Shown here: piece by piece, positions 39,282 to 48,580 of the stretch
How the letters are laid out: every line of letters starts with the position of its first letter
Position numbering within the stretch: the first letter of the stretch is position 1
IMG/VR virus record: IMGVR_UViG_3300047539_000055
Source of the DNA: a virus
Taxonomy: Duplodnaviria; Caudoviricetes
DNA length: 64,000 bases
Strand: one strand, 5' to 3'
Notes under the pieces: model-generated
The model's input: only the letters and a program-made list of their open reading frames with translations
Databases searched by the model: none
Told to the model about the DNA's origin: nothing
Made by a program: the position numbers and the translations under genes

Positions 39282-39360
39282 GCGAATGTAATGGAACTTT
39301 GGATGAATTAATTTTACTCGGACAATGGGCTAAAAATCATAAAAGCAAAGGAATTTACTA

Positions 39361-40287
39361 ATGTCAATTTTGGAATCAACATTGTGGATTGAAAAATACA
39401 GACCGAAAACGATAGAGGGATATGTTTTTTCTGATTTGAATCAAAAAGAACAAGTTGAAGCGTGGATTAGAAATAAGGACGTTCCTCATATTCTTTTTTC
39501 TGGTGGACCCGGAACAGGTAAGACTACGTTGGCACAAATTTTAGTAAACGAGATAGGCATTGATCCTTATGATTTTCTATTCCTCAATGCCAGCCGTGAA
39601 AATAACATTGATATCATGAAAGATAAGATTTACAATTTTATTGCTTTGACTCCGTGGGGAAAGCAAAGAATTGTTTTATTGGATGAAGCTGATTATCTCA
39701 CACCATATTCACAGGCAAATATGCGCGGTATGATGGAACAGTTTTCAAGCACTAGTAGATTCTTATTAACTTGTAATTATCCAAATCGCATTATTCCAGC
39801 TATTCATAGTCGTGTTCAAGATATTACCATCAACAAACTTCAATTGACAGAATTTACTATTCGTATGGCCGAGATTCTGGCTGCGGAAAATGTTGAATTT
39901 GAACTTGATGTGCTAGATGCTTATGTTCGTGGAACTTGGCCCGATCTTCGTAAGTGTATCAATAATTGTCAACAGAATTCTTTATCTGGTACATTGATCA
40001 AACCCGATAGTATTGATTCAACTAGAGATTATAAGATTGATGCTGTGGAATTATTCAAGAATGGCAAGATGCGTGAGGCAAGAGCATTGATTTGTAGTCA
40101 GATTCGTTCAGAAGATTTGGAAGACTTTTTCAAGTTTCTCTACACTAATTTGGACTTGTGGGGTCAGAGCAACGAAAAGAAAGACGCTGCAATTTTGATT
40201 ATTAGAAAAGGATTGATTCAGATTCCCATGGCGGCAGATGCCGAGATTTTGGTTGCGGCTGTGTTGGTGGAGTTGAGTCAACTATAA
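39361..40287 (+). CDS. Sliding-clamp loader ATPase, T4 gp44/RFC-like
   Basis: LWIEKYRP, GGPGTGKTT, LNAS, LDEAD, SR motifs. Confidence 0.93.
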   Translation: MSILESTLWIEKYRPKTIEGYVFSDLNQKEQVEAWIRNKDVPHILFSGGPGTGKTTLAQILVNEIGIDPYDFLFLNASRENNIDIMKDKIYNFIALTPWGKQRIVLLDEADYLTPYSQANMRGMMEQFSSTSRFLLTCNYPNRIIPAIHSRVQDITINKLQLTEFTIRMAEILAAENVEFELDVLDAYVRGTWPDLRKCINNCQQNSLSGTLIKPDSIDSTRDYKIDAVELFKNGKMREARALICSQIRSEDLEDFFKFLYTNLDLWGQSNEKKDAAILIIRKGLIQIPMAADAEILVAAVLVELSQL

Positions 40288-40300
40288 AAGGAAGAATAAT

Positions 40301-41224
40301 ATGAAAGTAACGCCTAAAGTATTAAACGCTGCTATTGGAGCCGCTTGGATAGTACATAATACCGCAAACTCAAATTTTTGGGAGTATATAAGTGCTGCGA
40401 TTAATTCTATACCAGAACCAGGTGTATTTGTTGAAGAGAAAAAGGAATCAAAAATGGAATGGATAAATGTAAAAGTTAGAATGCCAAAACTTAATGACTT
40501 GGTTCTATTTTGGGTTAACGGGGTATCAGTAGAAGGATTTCCTGGATTAACAGATGGTTATGCCGAAACAGGATCATATCGTAATTATTTGACACTTGTA
40601 CCAGATTGTGGAGATTTTAGATCATATAGTGGTGATAGGATTGAATCAGAATGGTGGATGCCATTCCCAGCACCTCCAGGTGTATTTGTTGAAGAGAAAA
40701 AATGTAAAAATCATCGTTGGTGCTACAAGGAAGGATATGAAGGTGTTCAATGTGATTGGTGTGGAGAACATAAGGAGGCAACCATGGCAACCGTGGAAAC
40801 AGTTATAGAAATGAGTGGTGTTGATTTGATTGCTGCTGAAAGAAGGCGTCAAGTAGTTTTTGAAGGTTGGACTCCAGAACACGATGATGATCATGAGTAT
40901 GGAGAACTTGCAATTGAAGCGGCTTGTCTTGCAGTTGATGGTACTGATGCAATCATTGATCATCCTGAATGGGATGAAAACCAACAAACTGATCCTTGGG
41001 GATTGGTTGAGAAGCATAGAAATAATCGAGTGCGTCAACTTGTAATAGCTGGTGCTTTGCTTGCGGCTGAAATTGATCGTCAACAACGTCTCGCGGTCAA
41101 GAAGAATCCTACGCGGGAGGAAGAAATAGCACAAATACTAGTAAACACATTGGATTCTACTAACTTGCCAGCGTATTATATGCCTGTGGCTGAAAAGATC
41201 GTTGCTCTATGGAAGAAAAAATGA
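40301..41224 (+). CDS. Composite protein (DUF551-like module plus Ead/Ea22-like module)
   Basis: MEWINVKVRMP...WWMPFPAPP; AERRRQ..EGWTPEHDD...AGALLAAEIDR. Confidence 0.6.
   Translation: MKVTPKVLNAAIGAAWIVHNTANSNFWEYISAAINSIPEPGVFVEEKKESKMEWINVKVRMPKLNDLVLFWVNGVSVEGFPGLTDGYAETGSYRNYLTLVPDCGDFRSYSGDRIESEWWMPFPAPPGVFVEEKKCKNHRWCYKEGYEGVQCDWCGEHKEATMATVETVIEMSGVDLIAAERRRQVVFEGWTPEHDDDHEYGELAIEAACLAVDGTDAIIDHPEWDENQQTDPWGLVEKHRNNRVRQLVIAGALLAAEIDRQQRLAVKKNPTREEEIAQILVNTLDSTNLPAYYMPVAEKIVALWKKK
40418..40701 (+). repeat. 26-bp perfect direct repeat (40418-40443 and 40676-40701)
   Basis: CCAGGTGTATTTGTTGAAGAGAAAAA twice. Confidence 0.9.
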
Positions 41225-41601
41225 AACGTATAATTATCATAATTTTGATTGGACTTGGTATGCTTGCTTTAGCCGCAATAGTGTTTCCACAAACTACAAT
41301 TGTGTTTCCGCAAATAGCCATCAATGCAACTGGCACTGGTAGGCAAGTAACTGTTGTGCCTCTCACAGAAAAAGAACAAGCTGATTTGGATGACGCCAGC
41401 GCAGCGATTGTTATCGCACAAAAAGTGAAACAAGACCTTGAAGATAAAATCGTTATAGAACATGGTGGATATATTCAAATGTGTGGTTATGATTTTGGTG
41501 CGCGTTTATGTGGTGGAGTCGGTGGACAAAGAATGAGTGATGAAGTGGAATGGAAACTCCCTTATTTGATTATAACAAAAAGATACTGGCCGCAAAATTA
41601 G
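41221..41601 (+). CDS. Membrane-anchored or secreted hypothetical protein
   Basis: N-terminal hydrophobic segment MKRIIIIILIGLGMLALAA. Confidence 0.6.
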   Translation: MKRIIIIILIGLGMLALAAIVFPQTTIVFPQIAINATGTGRQVTVVPLTEKEQADLDDASAAIVIAQKVKQDLEDKIVIEHGGYIQMCGYDFGARLCGGVGGQRMSDEVEWKLPYLIITKRYWPQN

Positions 41602-41614
41602 GTGAGAAATGGGA

Positions 41615-41680
41615 TAAATAGATATGTAGTTCGCGGGAGGAAAGCCCCAACTACCCTAATACTATTGAGGAGTATCAGCT
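41615..41680 (+). promoter_or_regulatory. Late promoter plus structured leader of endonuclease gene
   Basis: TAAATA; stem GTAGTT/AACTAC; stem ATACT/AGTAT overlapping GAGGAG. Confidence 0.55.
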
Positions 41681-42259
41681 ATGTCTATTTATAATCCAGA
41701 GAAAAAGAAAGAAAGTGATAAAATTTATCGCGAGAAGAACCGTGAGAAAATTAAAGAGCGAGGTAAGAAATTTTACGAAGAGCATAAAACACAGATAAAA
41801 GAACGAAATAAAAAATATTATGAGGCGCATAGAGAGCAGAAATTAGCGTATAGTAAAAAATGGCATACAGAAAATAAAGAAAGTCAGCGGTTGGTAAGCA
41901 AGGAATGGAGACTACTGAACCAAGAAAAAATTAAAGCGGCGGGAGAAAAATATCGAGAAGAACATAAAACTGAGATTAATCGCAAAAATAAAGAAGACCG
42001 CCGCGCCCGTCTCAGAGAGTATAGATATAAAAGAAAATATGATACTACAACAGATAACTATGATCAATTATATGCAGATCAAGGCGGAAAATGTAAAATA
42101 TGCTCAACTTTTTATTCATTGCTGAACATTGATCATAATCATAAGACGGGAAAAATTCGAGGATTGCTATGCAGAAAATGTAATATGGGAATTGGATTAT
42201 TACAAGATAGTGCGATTATTTTGAAAAACGCGCTGAAATATGTTGAAAACGAGGGTTAA
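41681..42259 (+). CDS. Endonuclease VII-family (HNH-like) endonuclease
   Basis: QGGKCKIC...IDHNHKTGKIRGLLCRKCNMGIG; charged repeat N-terminus. Confidence 0.85.
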   Translation: MSIYNPEKKKESDKIYREKNREKIKERGKKFYEEHKTQIKERNKKYYEAHREQKLAYSKKWHTENKESQRLVSKEWRLLNQEKIKAAGEKYREEHKTEINRKNKEDRRARLREYRYKRKYDTTTDNYDQLYADQGGKCKICSTFYSLLNIDHNHKTGKIRGLLCRKCNMGIGLLQDSAIILKNALKYVENEG

Positions 42260-42261
42260 AT

Positions 42262-43041
42262 ATGGAGGAAATTTTAGATGGGATGGTATCTATCAAAGGC
42301 AATGCAACTGGACTTAGAGAACTTGCGCTTTTCGCAGGTTGCGGAGGGGGTATTCTCGGAGGAAAACTCCTTGGCTGGAGAACAGTATGCGCCGTTGAAA
42401 TCAACCAATTCTGCATTGACAGACTTATGCAAAGACAAGATGAAGGATTTTTGCCACCCTTTCCTATCTTCGACAATGTATGTACCTTCGACGGAATTCC
42501 TTGGAATGGAAAGGTGGATGTCATGTCTGGGGGATTCCCCTGCCAAGATATTAGCGCAGCAAATAATAAAGCCGAAGGAATCTCAGGAAAACGAAGTGGA
42601 CTCTGGAGTGAATTCGCTCGGATCATTGATGAAGTACGACCAAAGTTCGCATTCGTGGAAAACTCCCCCCTCCTTGTTTTACGAGGACTGCATAGAGTCC
42701 TCGGTGACCTTGCCGAAATCGGGTACGATGCGGAATGGACTTGTTTATCAGCAAAAGCAATCGGTGCCTCTCACAAAAGAGAAAGAATCTGGATTCTCGC
42801 ATCCAACACCCGCCGCGACGGATTGGAAAGGGGCTTCAGTAAACAGGACTTACTCGGACCTACCACAATGGCTACACAAGGTTTGTTCCCCCATAACCAA
42901 AACGAGTTATCCACACCCAGAATTGTTGGAACAAGTAATGGGGTGGCCGATAGGATGGACCGCACGAGAGCCATTGGAAATGGACAAGTACCGCTTGTGG
43001 CTGCGACAGCATGGAATATTCTCATAAATAGGGGAAAATGA
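42262..43041 (+). CDS. DNA (cytosine-5) methyltransferase, large polypeptide
   Basis: LFAGCGG (I), GGFPCQD (IV), VENS (VI), HKRERIW (VIII), AIGNG (X). Confidence 0.9.
   Translation: MEEILDGMVSIKGNATGLRELALFAGCGGGILGGKLLGWRTVCAVEINQFCIDRLMQRQDEGFLPPFPIFDNVCTFDGIPWNGKVDVMSGGFPCQDISAANNKAEGISGKRSGLWSEFARIIDEVRPKFAFVENSPLLVLRGLHRVLGDLAEIGYDAEWTCLSAKAIGASHKRERIWILASNTRRDGLERGFSKQDLLGPTTMATQGLFPHNQNELSTPRIVGTSNGVADRMDRTRAIGNGQVPLVAATAWNILINRGK
42278..43027 (+). CDS. Overlapping alternative-frame ORF, probable MTase small (beta-type) polypeptide
   Basis: 249 codons open in +1 frame; HPELLEQVMGWPIGWT resembles motif IX; true start unknown. Confidence 0.6.
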   Translation: MGWYLSKAMQLDLENLRFSQVAEGVFSEENSLAGEQYAPLKSTNSALTDLCKDKMKDFCHPFLSSTMYVPSTEFLGMERWMSCLGDSPAKILAQQIIKPKESQENEVDSGVNSLGSLMKYDQSSHSWKTPPSLFYEDCIESSVTLPKSGTMRNGLVYQQKQSVPLTKEKESGFSHPTPAATDWKGASVNRTYSDLPQWLHKVCSPITKTSYPHPELLEQVMGWPIGWTAREPLEMDKYRLWLRQHGIFS

Positions 43042-43196
43042 TGACAGATTCTCGTTATTTTAGGATTTTAAGTCTTATGGCTATAGCAATCTCTGTACTT
43101 GCATTGCCGTTAGCGTCAAACCAAGTAGTTTGGACAATTCTCGCTATTGCTGGGGTTTTAGCACTTATTTCAATCTCCGTTAACGAACCAAAATAA
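43038..43196 (+). CDS. Small two-TM membrane protein
   Basis: Manual read MMTDSRYFRILSLMAIAISVLALPL...; 52 aa. Confidence 0.45.
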   Translation: MMTDSRYFRILSLMAIAISVLALPLASNQVVWTILAIAGVLALISISVNEPK

Positions 43197-43230
43197 TCTT
43201 TTTCAAAAACTAAATAAGGACAGGTGTAAT

Positions 43231-43521
43231 ATGTATATTACAGCTCTATATTTGTACAATCGTGACAAAAATAATGAAATGGTTGCCGATGAAGTGGTTT
43301 CCATTGTCAGAAAGATCAGAGATAATGATATCAAACGATGTAATGTAATTTTGGATGTGGTCAAAGGCGAAGTGTTCAAATGCCGTGGATTTCACATCTA
43401 TGGAAAAGAAATTGATGGATATGAGAAGGATAGTTACCAGAGATTGTTAGACTATTTTCATGCCATGCACCCACAACAGATCGACAACTTACTAAAGGCT
43501 ATCCAAACGATCCAGGTATAA
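43231..43521 (+). CDS. Hypothetical late protein
   Basis: TAAATA upstream. Confidence 0.6.
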   Translation: MYITALYLYNRDKNNEMVADEVVSIVRKIRDNDIKRCNVILDVVKGEVFKCRGFHIYGKEIDGYEKDSYQRLLDYFHAMHPQQIDNLLKAIQTIQV

Positions 43522-43527
43522 AACTAA

Positions 43528-44007
43528 ATGATCGAACGAATCATTGTCCATAAGACGCTGATTGACTCATTCAAAAGGAAGGCCGTAAAAGCCCTTCCAA
43601 ATGAAATAATCGTTGCTGTTCTTGGAAAAATGGAAAAAAATGATTTGCACGTTTATGCTTTTGATAAATTGGAAGTAGTAAAATCCAAACATACATTTAT
43701 TCAATATGAACAACCAGAAGAAGAACTTGAAGCTGGATCAGATTTAAAATATTTTGGTACGCTGCATAGCCATCCAAATGGAACTCTACATACTTCTGAA
43801 GATGATAGAGAAAGTTTTTTCAATGCCCATAATTCCGATCATTTTATATTAGAAGATCATGAGGGAGAACAACTCATGGACGAAATAATGGGAATTATGG
43901 GTATAGTTCGTAAAAGAAAAGTGATTCATTATGGAATTGCTTTTTACAATAGTGAACTTAAACCTCTTGAAGTAATATTTTCGGAAAATCGAAAAGAAAT
44001 TTCCTAA
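43528..44007 (+). CDS. JAB/MPN (JAMM) metalloprotease domain protein
   Basis: PNE...GTLHSHPNGTLHTSEDD = E...HxH-x7-S-x2-D. Confidence 0.8.
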   Translation: MIERIIVHKTLIDSFKRKAVKALPNEIIVAVLGKMEKNDLHVYAFDKLEVVKSKHTFIQYEQPEEELEAGSDLKYFGTLHSHPNGTLHTSEDDRESFFNAHNSDHFILEDHEGEQLMDEIMGIMGIVRKRKVIHYGIAFYNSELKPLEVIFSENRKEIS

Positions 44008-44014
44008 ATAACAG

Positions 44015-44068
44015 TTGCCTTTCCTATTTCTTTATGATACACTGTTAGTGTATTGAAGGAAACAAATG
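44015..44068 (+). promoter_or_regulatory. Sigma70-type promoter/palindrome cassette, copy 1
   Basis: TTGCCT-17-TACACT; ATACACT-NNN-AGTGTAT; near-identical to 55840-55894. Confidence 0.65.
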
Positions 44069-46378
44069 AAATTAGATTTACAAAATCATCTACTTCCAAT
44101 ACCTACTCGCGTTGCTTTTGTTGGGAATTATTCTCCTCGTCAATGCGGCATCGCTACATTTACTACGGATTTATGTGAAGCTCTTTCAACAGAATTCAGT
44201 GACAGTAAAATATTTGCTGTTCCAGTCAACGATCCAAACTCAAAATATGATTATCCAGAAAAAGTTCGATTAGAAATTGATCAAGAAGATTTGAGTTCCT
44301 ATGAACGTGCCGCAGAATTTCTAAATTTTAATGGTAATGATTTGGTTTGTATTCAACATGAATATGGCATCTATGGCGGGATCGCTGGCAGTCATATTAT
44401 CGCTTTAATGAAAAAATTAAAGATGCCGATTGTGACAACATTTCATACTGTTTTAGAGTCCCCAACTAAAGAACAACGAGATGCCCTTATAGAAGTTGCT
44501 CATCTTTCTGATAGAGTAGTTGTGATGAGTAATCAAGCGGCAAAATTTTTGCAGAAGATTTATGATATCTCTCATGAAAAAATTGACATTATTCCTCACG
44601 GTGTTCCAGAGTTTCAATTTATAGACCCAAATTATTTCAAAGACAAATTTAATACCGAAGGAAAATTTGTTCTGTTGACTTTCGGACTATTATCACCAAA
44701 TAAAGGTATTGAAAATGTAATTAGTGCGTTACCTGCAATTTTAACTAAGCATCCAAATGTGGTATATATTGTGTCTGGTGTTACACATCCTCAGATTCGT
44801 CGGGAAGAAGGAGAAAAATATCGCGAGTCATTGGAAAGATTGGCAACAAATTTGGGAGTTTCGGAAAATTTAATTCTAATCAATCGCTTTGTGAGTACCG
44901 AAGAATTAATTGAACATATAGGCGCGGCAGATATTTACATCACACCTTACCGTCAAAAAGACCAAATTGTTTCTGGAACATTGGCTATCGCTTTTGGCGC
45001 AGGAAAGGCCATTATTTCCACTCCTTATTTATTTGCCACGGAACTTTTGGCAGATAAGTGTGGAATATTAGTTCCATTTGAAAGGCCACTTGCAATTGCA
45101 AAAGCAGTAATTGGTTTATTGGATAATGACGGTGAACGCCATGCAATGAGAAAGCGTGCATATTTAGCTTCTCGTGAAACAGTATGGCCTAAGACAGCAC
45201 AAAAATATATGGCAAGTTTTCAACGTGCCAGATTTGAGCGAACATTATTGCCTAAAGCTTTGCCGCATTTTGCAAAAATGGCAACATTACCAGACGAATT
45301 GCCGGAGCTAAACCTTGCTCATTTGTTAATAATGACGGATGATACAGCAATGTTGCAACATGCTATTTTTTCCATACCAAATTCATATGAAGGTTATACC
45401 ACTGACGATAATGCACGAGCGCTTATTGTATCAACATTTTTGGAAGGAAATGCTTGTAATGCAAATATTGCTCATCTTTCAAATCGTTATTTGGCTTTCT
45501 TATGGCTTGCTTTTGACCGAGACAAAAAAAGATTTAGAAATTTTCTTGGTTATGATAGAAAATGGTTAGAGGATGTTGGTTCCGAAGATAGTCATGGCCG
45601 TGCTATATGGTCGTTGGGAAAAGTTCTGGAACATTCACAAGATAAAGGGTTGCGTGGGGCAGCAGGAAGACTTTTTGAAGCGGCGTTACCAGAAACGCTA
45701 AATTTTAACAGCCCTCGTACATGGGCGTTTACTATTCTTGGTTGCCAAGCGTATCTTTCTTGGTTTCCTGGTGATCGAGATGTACAAAAAATTCAAAATG
45801 ATTTGGCATATCGTTTGATGGAACTCTATAAAATCAACCATTCTTCAACTTGGTCTTGGTTTGAGAAAGTTCTTTCATATTCAAATGCAAGATTATCACA
45901 AGCACTCATTCTTGCAGGTTCTAATACAGATGATAAAAAAATGATCAAAGTTGGTGTTGACTCTCTTAAATGGCTAATCTCGGAACAACATCGAGACGAT
46001 CCAGAAATTTTTGTTCCCATTGGTTCAAATGGATTCTTTATTGAAGGAAGTGAGAAGGCACGATTTGATCAGCAACCTGTTGAAGCGTGCGGAACAATCT
46101 CTGCTTGCTTAGCCATGTTTAAAATAACAAAAGAAATATACTGGTTTGATGAAGCTCAGAGAGTTTTTCGTTGGTTCCTTGGCAAAAATGATTTACAGAT
46201 TCCTTTATATGATTCCGTAACGGGTGGATGTAAAGATGGCCTTCATCCAGATCATATCAATGAGAATCAGGGAGCGGAATCGACACTTTCGTTCTTGATG
46301 GCTCTTATTGAAATGCAAGAGGCTGTCAAGGTTATTAATGAAGATAGTGCTTCATTGTTAATGAAGCTAGTGGTTTAG
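44066..46378 (+). CDS. GT4 (GT-B) glycosyltransferase with C-terminal helical glycosidase-like domain
   Basis: PRQCGIATFT, QHEYGIYGG, NKGIE, SGTL; GYTTDDNARA, FDQQP, NQGAEST. Confidence 0.85.
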   Translation: MKLDLQNHLLPIPTRVAFVGNYSPRQCGIATFTTDLCEALSTEFSDSKIFAVPVNDPNSKYDYPEKVRLEIDQEDLSSYERAAEFLNFNGNDLVCIQHEYGIYGGIAGSHIIALMKKLKMPIVTTFHTVLESPTKEQRDALIEVAHLSDRVVVMSNQAAKFLQKIYDISHEKIDIIPHGVPEFQFIDPNYFKDKFNTEGKFVLLTFGLLSPNKGIENVISALPAILTKHPNVVYIVSGVTHPQIRREEGEKYRESLERLATNLGVSENLILINRFVSTEELIEHIGAADIYITPYRQKDQIVSGTLAIAFGAGKAIISTPYLFATELLADKCGILVPFERPLAIAKAVIGLLDNDGERHAMRKRAYLASRETVWPKTAQKYMASFQRARFERTLLPKALPHFAKMATLPDELPELNLAHLLIMTDDTAMLQHAIFSIPNSYEGYTTDDNARALIVSTFLEGNACNANIAHLSNRYLAFLWLAFDRDKKRFRNFLGYDRKWLEDVGSEDSHGRAIWSLGKVLEHSQDKGLRGAAGRLFEAALPETLNFNSPRTWAFTILGCQAYLSWFPGDRDVQKIQNDLAYRLMELYKINHSSTWSWFEKVLSYSNARLSQALILAGSNTDDKKMIKVGVDSLKWLISEQHRDDPEIFVPIGSNGFFIEGSEKARFDQQPVEACGTISACLAMFKITKEIYWFDEAQRVFRWFLGKNDLQIPLYDSVTGGCKDGLHPDHINENQGAESTLSFLMALIEMQEAVKVINEDSASLLMKLVV

Positions 46379-46463
46379 TAATCCCCAAAAATTTTTAGGA
46401 CTTCTTTGATGTGATAGAGACTATTTTCTCATTGATGGATAAATAGATGTATAGGAGAAAAAT

Positions 46464-47252
46464 ATGTCCAATAGATCAACCACAGCAGAATTCATTGAAA
46501 AAGCCATAGTAGTTCATGGTGATCTATTTGATTATAGTAAAACATATTATGTAAATAACGCATCAAAAGTTATAATCATTTGTCCTATTCATAAAGACTT
46601 TGAACAGATTGCGAGAAATCATATATTCTTGAAGCAAGGGTGTCCTGTTTGCGGGGAGATTAAGGTTGGATTAGCTAACAGAAGCAATACAAAAGAATTT
46701 GTACAAAAAGCCGAAAAATTGCACGATGGTAAATATGATTATTCAAAAGTTGAATACATTAAAAATTCAGAATCAATTAACATTATTTGTGCGATCCATG
46801 GAGATTTTAGTCAAACACCAGCCAACCATTTAAGCGGAAAGGGATGTCCGTTATGTGCAACAAAAAGTGTTGGAGAAAAAACAATTAAAGATTTTTTGTC
46901 AAATGAAAAAGTGTCATTTAGAACACAAGTTAAAATTAAAGAATGTAAAAGAGTTAAGTCATTACCGTTTGATTTTGGTATTTATAACGGTGATGAATTA
47001 TTGGGGTTGATTGAATTTCAAGGAAGACAACATTATAAGGAAGGTAGTTGGATTAACCCGAAAAATACAACGCGGATTAAAAAAGAATTTGCTGATTTAT
47101 TAGACAGAGATAGGATCAAACTGGAATATTGTAAGGTACATAATATTCCCCTACTCTTAATTAAATATGATGATTTTGATTTACTTAAACATCTCCAAAT
47201 ATTTTTAGTATCTCTGCAACAATTGGATGTCGTTGATTGTCAAGGATACTAA
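46464..47252 (+). CDS. Zinc-ribbon repeat (DUF723-like) homing-type endonuclease
   Basis: Two YDYSK..Y...IICP.H..F.Q...H..G.GCP.C repeats; LPFDF...IEFQGRQH...D..K. Confidence 0.8.
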   Translation: MSNRSTTAEFIEKAIVVHGDLFDYSKTYYVNNASKVIIICPIHKDFEQIARNHIFLKQGCPVCGEIKVGLANRSNTKEFVQKAEKLHDGKYDYSKVEYIKNSESINIICAIHGDFSQTPANHLSGKGCPLCATKSVGEKTIKDFLSNEKVSFRTQVKIKECKRVKSLPFDFGIYNGDELLGLIEFQGRQHYKEGSWINPKNTTRIKKEFADLLDRDRIKLEYCKVHNIPLLLIKYDDFDLLKHLQIFLVSLQQLDVVDCQGY

Positions 47253-47925
47253 ATTCTATGGCGGCGATATAATTAGCGTTGCCGTGTTTATGTAATAAAT
47301 TTTTGAAAACTAAAAGCCCGTTTTCTCCTGACTTTCTATCGCTTTGCGCATTATCTCCTGTAATTATTAATTTTGAATTTTCACATAATCTTGTCATTAC
47401 ACTTTTAATAGCCGCAACAGAAATATTTTGTGCCTCATCAAGAATCACATAGCAATTTTTGAAATTGCGTCCTCGTATTAACATCAGAGGAACAATTTCA
47501 ATGATTTGTTTTTCTAACATATCTTCAATGTCCTTGACTGAGTAATACTCAGTCAAACATTCTAATAATGGTGTCACCCAAATTTTTACCTTATCCAACA
47601 AGGTTCCAGGAACAAATCCATGTTCTTCTTCTGATACCCCTACAGCCGGCCGGCAGAGAATTAATTTGTCAATCTTTCTTTCGCTGAGTGCCTTAATACC
47701 TGCCATCATTGCTAATTGTGTTTTCCCGCATCCCGCCGGTCCAGTAGCAATAACAATAATTTTGTCAATATCTAATAATGATTCAAGATAATCTTCTTGT
47801 CTTAAATTTCTTGGAATAATATGAACTGCTTTTCTAATGCCACTTTTTGTTGTGTATTTGGCGGCTTCATGTTGAAGGAAAGGCGATTTTTCAGGCGGGG
47901 GATTTTGTTTTTTTATGCGTGACAT
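47185..47925 (-). CDS. phoH: PhoH-family ATPase
   Basis: GPAGCGKT, RGRNF, LDEAQN, TRL, GD..Q.D, RHP. Confidence 0.92.
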   Translation of the reverse strand: MSRIKKQNPPPEKSPFLQHEAAKYTTKSGIRKAVHIIPRNLRQEDYLESLLDIDKIIVIATGPAGCGKTQLAMMAGIKALSERKIDKLILCRPAVGVSEEEHGFVPGTLLDKVKIWVTPLLECLTEYYSVKDIEDMLEKQIIEIVPLMLIRGRNFKNCYVILDEAQNISVAAIKSVMTRLCENSKLIITGDNAQSDRKSGENGLLVFKNLLHKHGNANYIAAIEFSILDNQRHPIVAEILKIFGDV

Positions 47926-48028
47926 TGGGCTATTTCTCCAGTCTTCATCAATATTTATGCGTATTTGAGATGTTTTGGTATTGAAGGGATGTTGAGATAA
48001 ATACCTATTAGTCTAAGGAGAATACGGT

Positions 48029-48289
48029 ATGACGCAAAATGATGATCTTGAAAAATATAGAAAAATTATCTCAGAATCTAACAAACCTGTAAATGAAGAT
48101 ATGTGGGAAGTATTAGCAGACCCTATGGTAAGAGCCACTGCCCAAGCAGATATTGTTGGTCTTCTTACTGTTTTAGTATTGAAGAAAACAGGAAGTCTTG
48201 ATGCCGCCGCCGAAGTGATGAGTAAAGTAGTAGATAAAATTGAAGCTATGGGCGGTAAAGTAGGTAGAGTAATAGATACTTTGAAATAA
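48029..48289 (+). CDS. Hypothetical late protein
   Basis: TAAATA plus AGGAG. Confidence 0.6.
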   Translation: MTQNDDLEKYRKIISESNKPVNEDMWEVLADPMVRATAQADIVGLLTVLVLKKTGSLDAAAEVMSKVVDKIEAMGGKVGRVIDTLK

Positions 48290-48290
48290 T

Positions 48291-48545
48291 ATGAAACTAT
48301 TTGAATTTGACGCAGTTGATGATAATGGTTACCGCGTGCCTCGCGCACATCGTGATGAAGTTGGTTGCAGTGAATGTGGAAGTGAAAAAGACCTGCAACT
48401 ATGTGGCTCATATCCAAATGTTGCCGATCCAATATGCGGAACTTGCCGTAAACGATGGAAATATCAATGGTGTGATCCTTGTCAATTGAATCATATTCAG
48501 GGTGTTTGTCCACAAATTGGCTCAATGGCTGGAAAATATTCTTGA
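48291..48545 (+). CDS. Cys-rich hypothetical protein
   Basis: Several CxxC pairs. Confidence 0.55.
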   Translation: MKLFEFDAVDDNGYRVPRAHRDEVGCSECGSEKDLQLCGSYPNVADPICGTCRKRWKYQWCDPCQLNHIQGVCPQIGSMAGKYS

Positions 48546-48580
48546 AAAGTGTATAATATTATACACAATCATAAATATAA

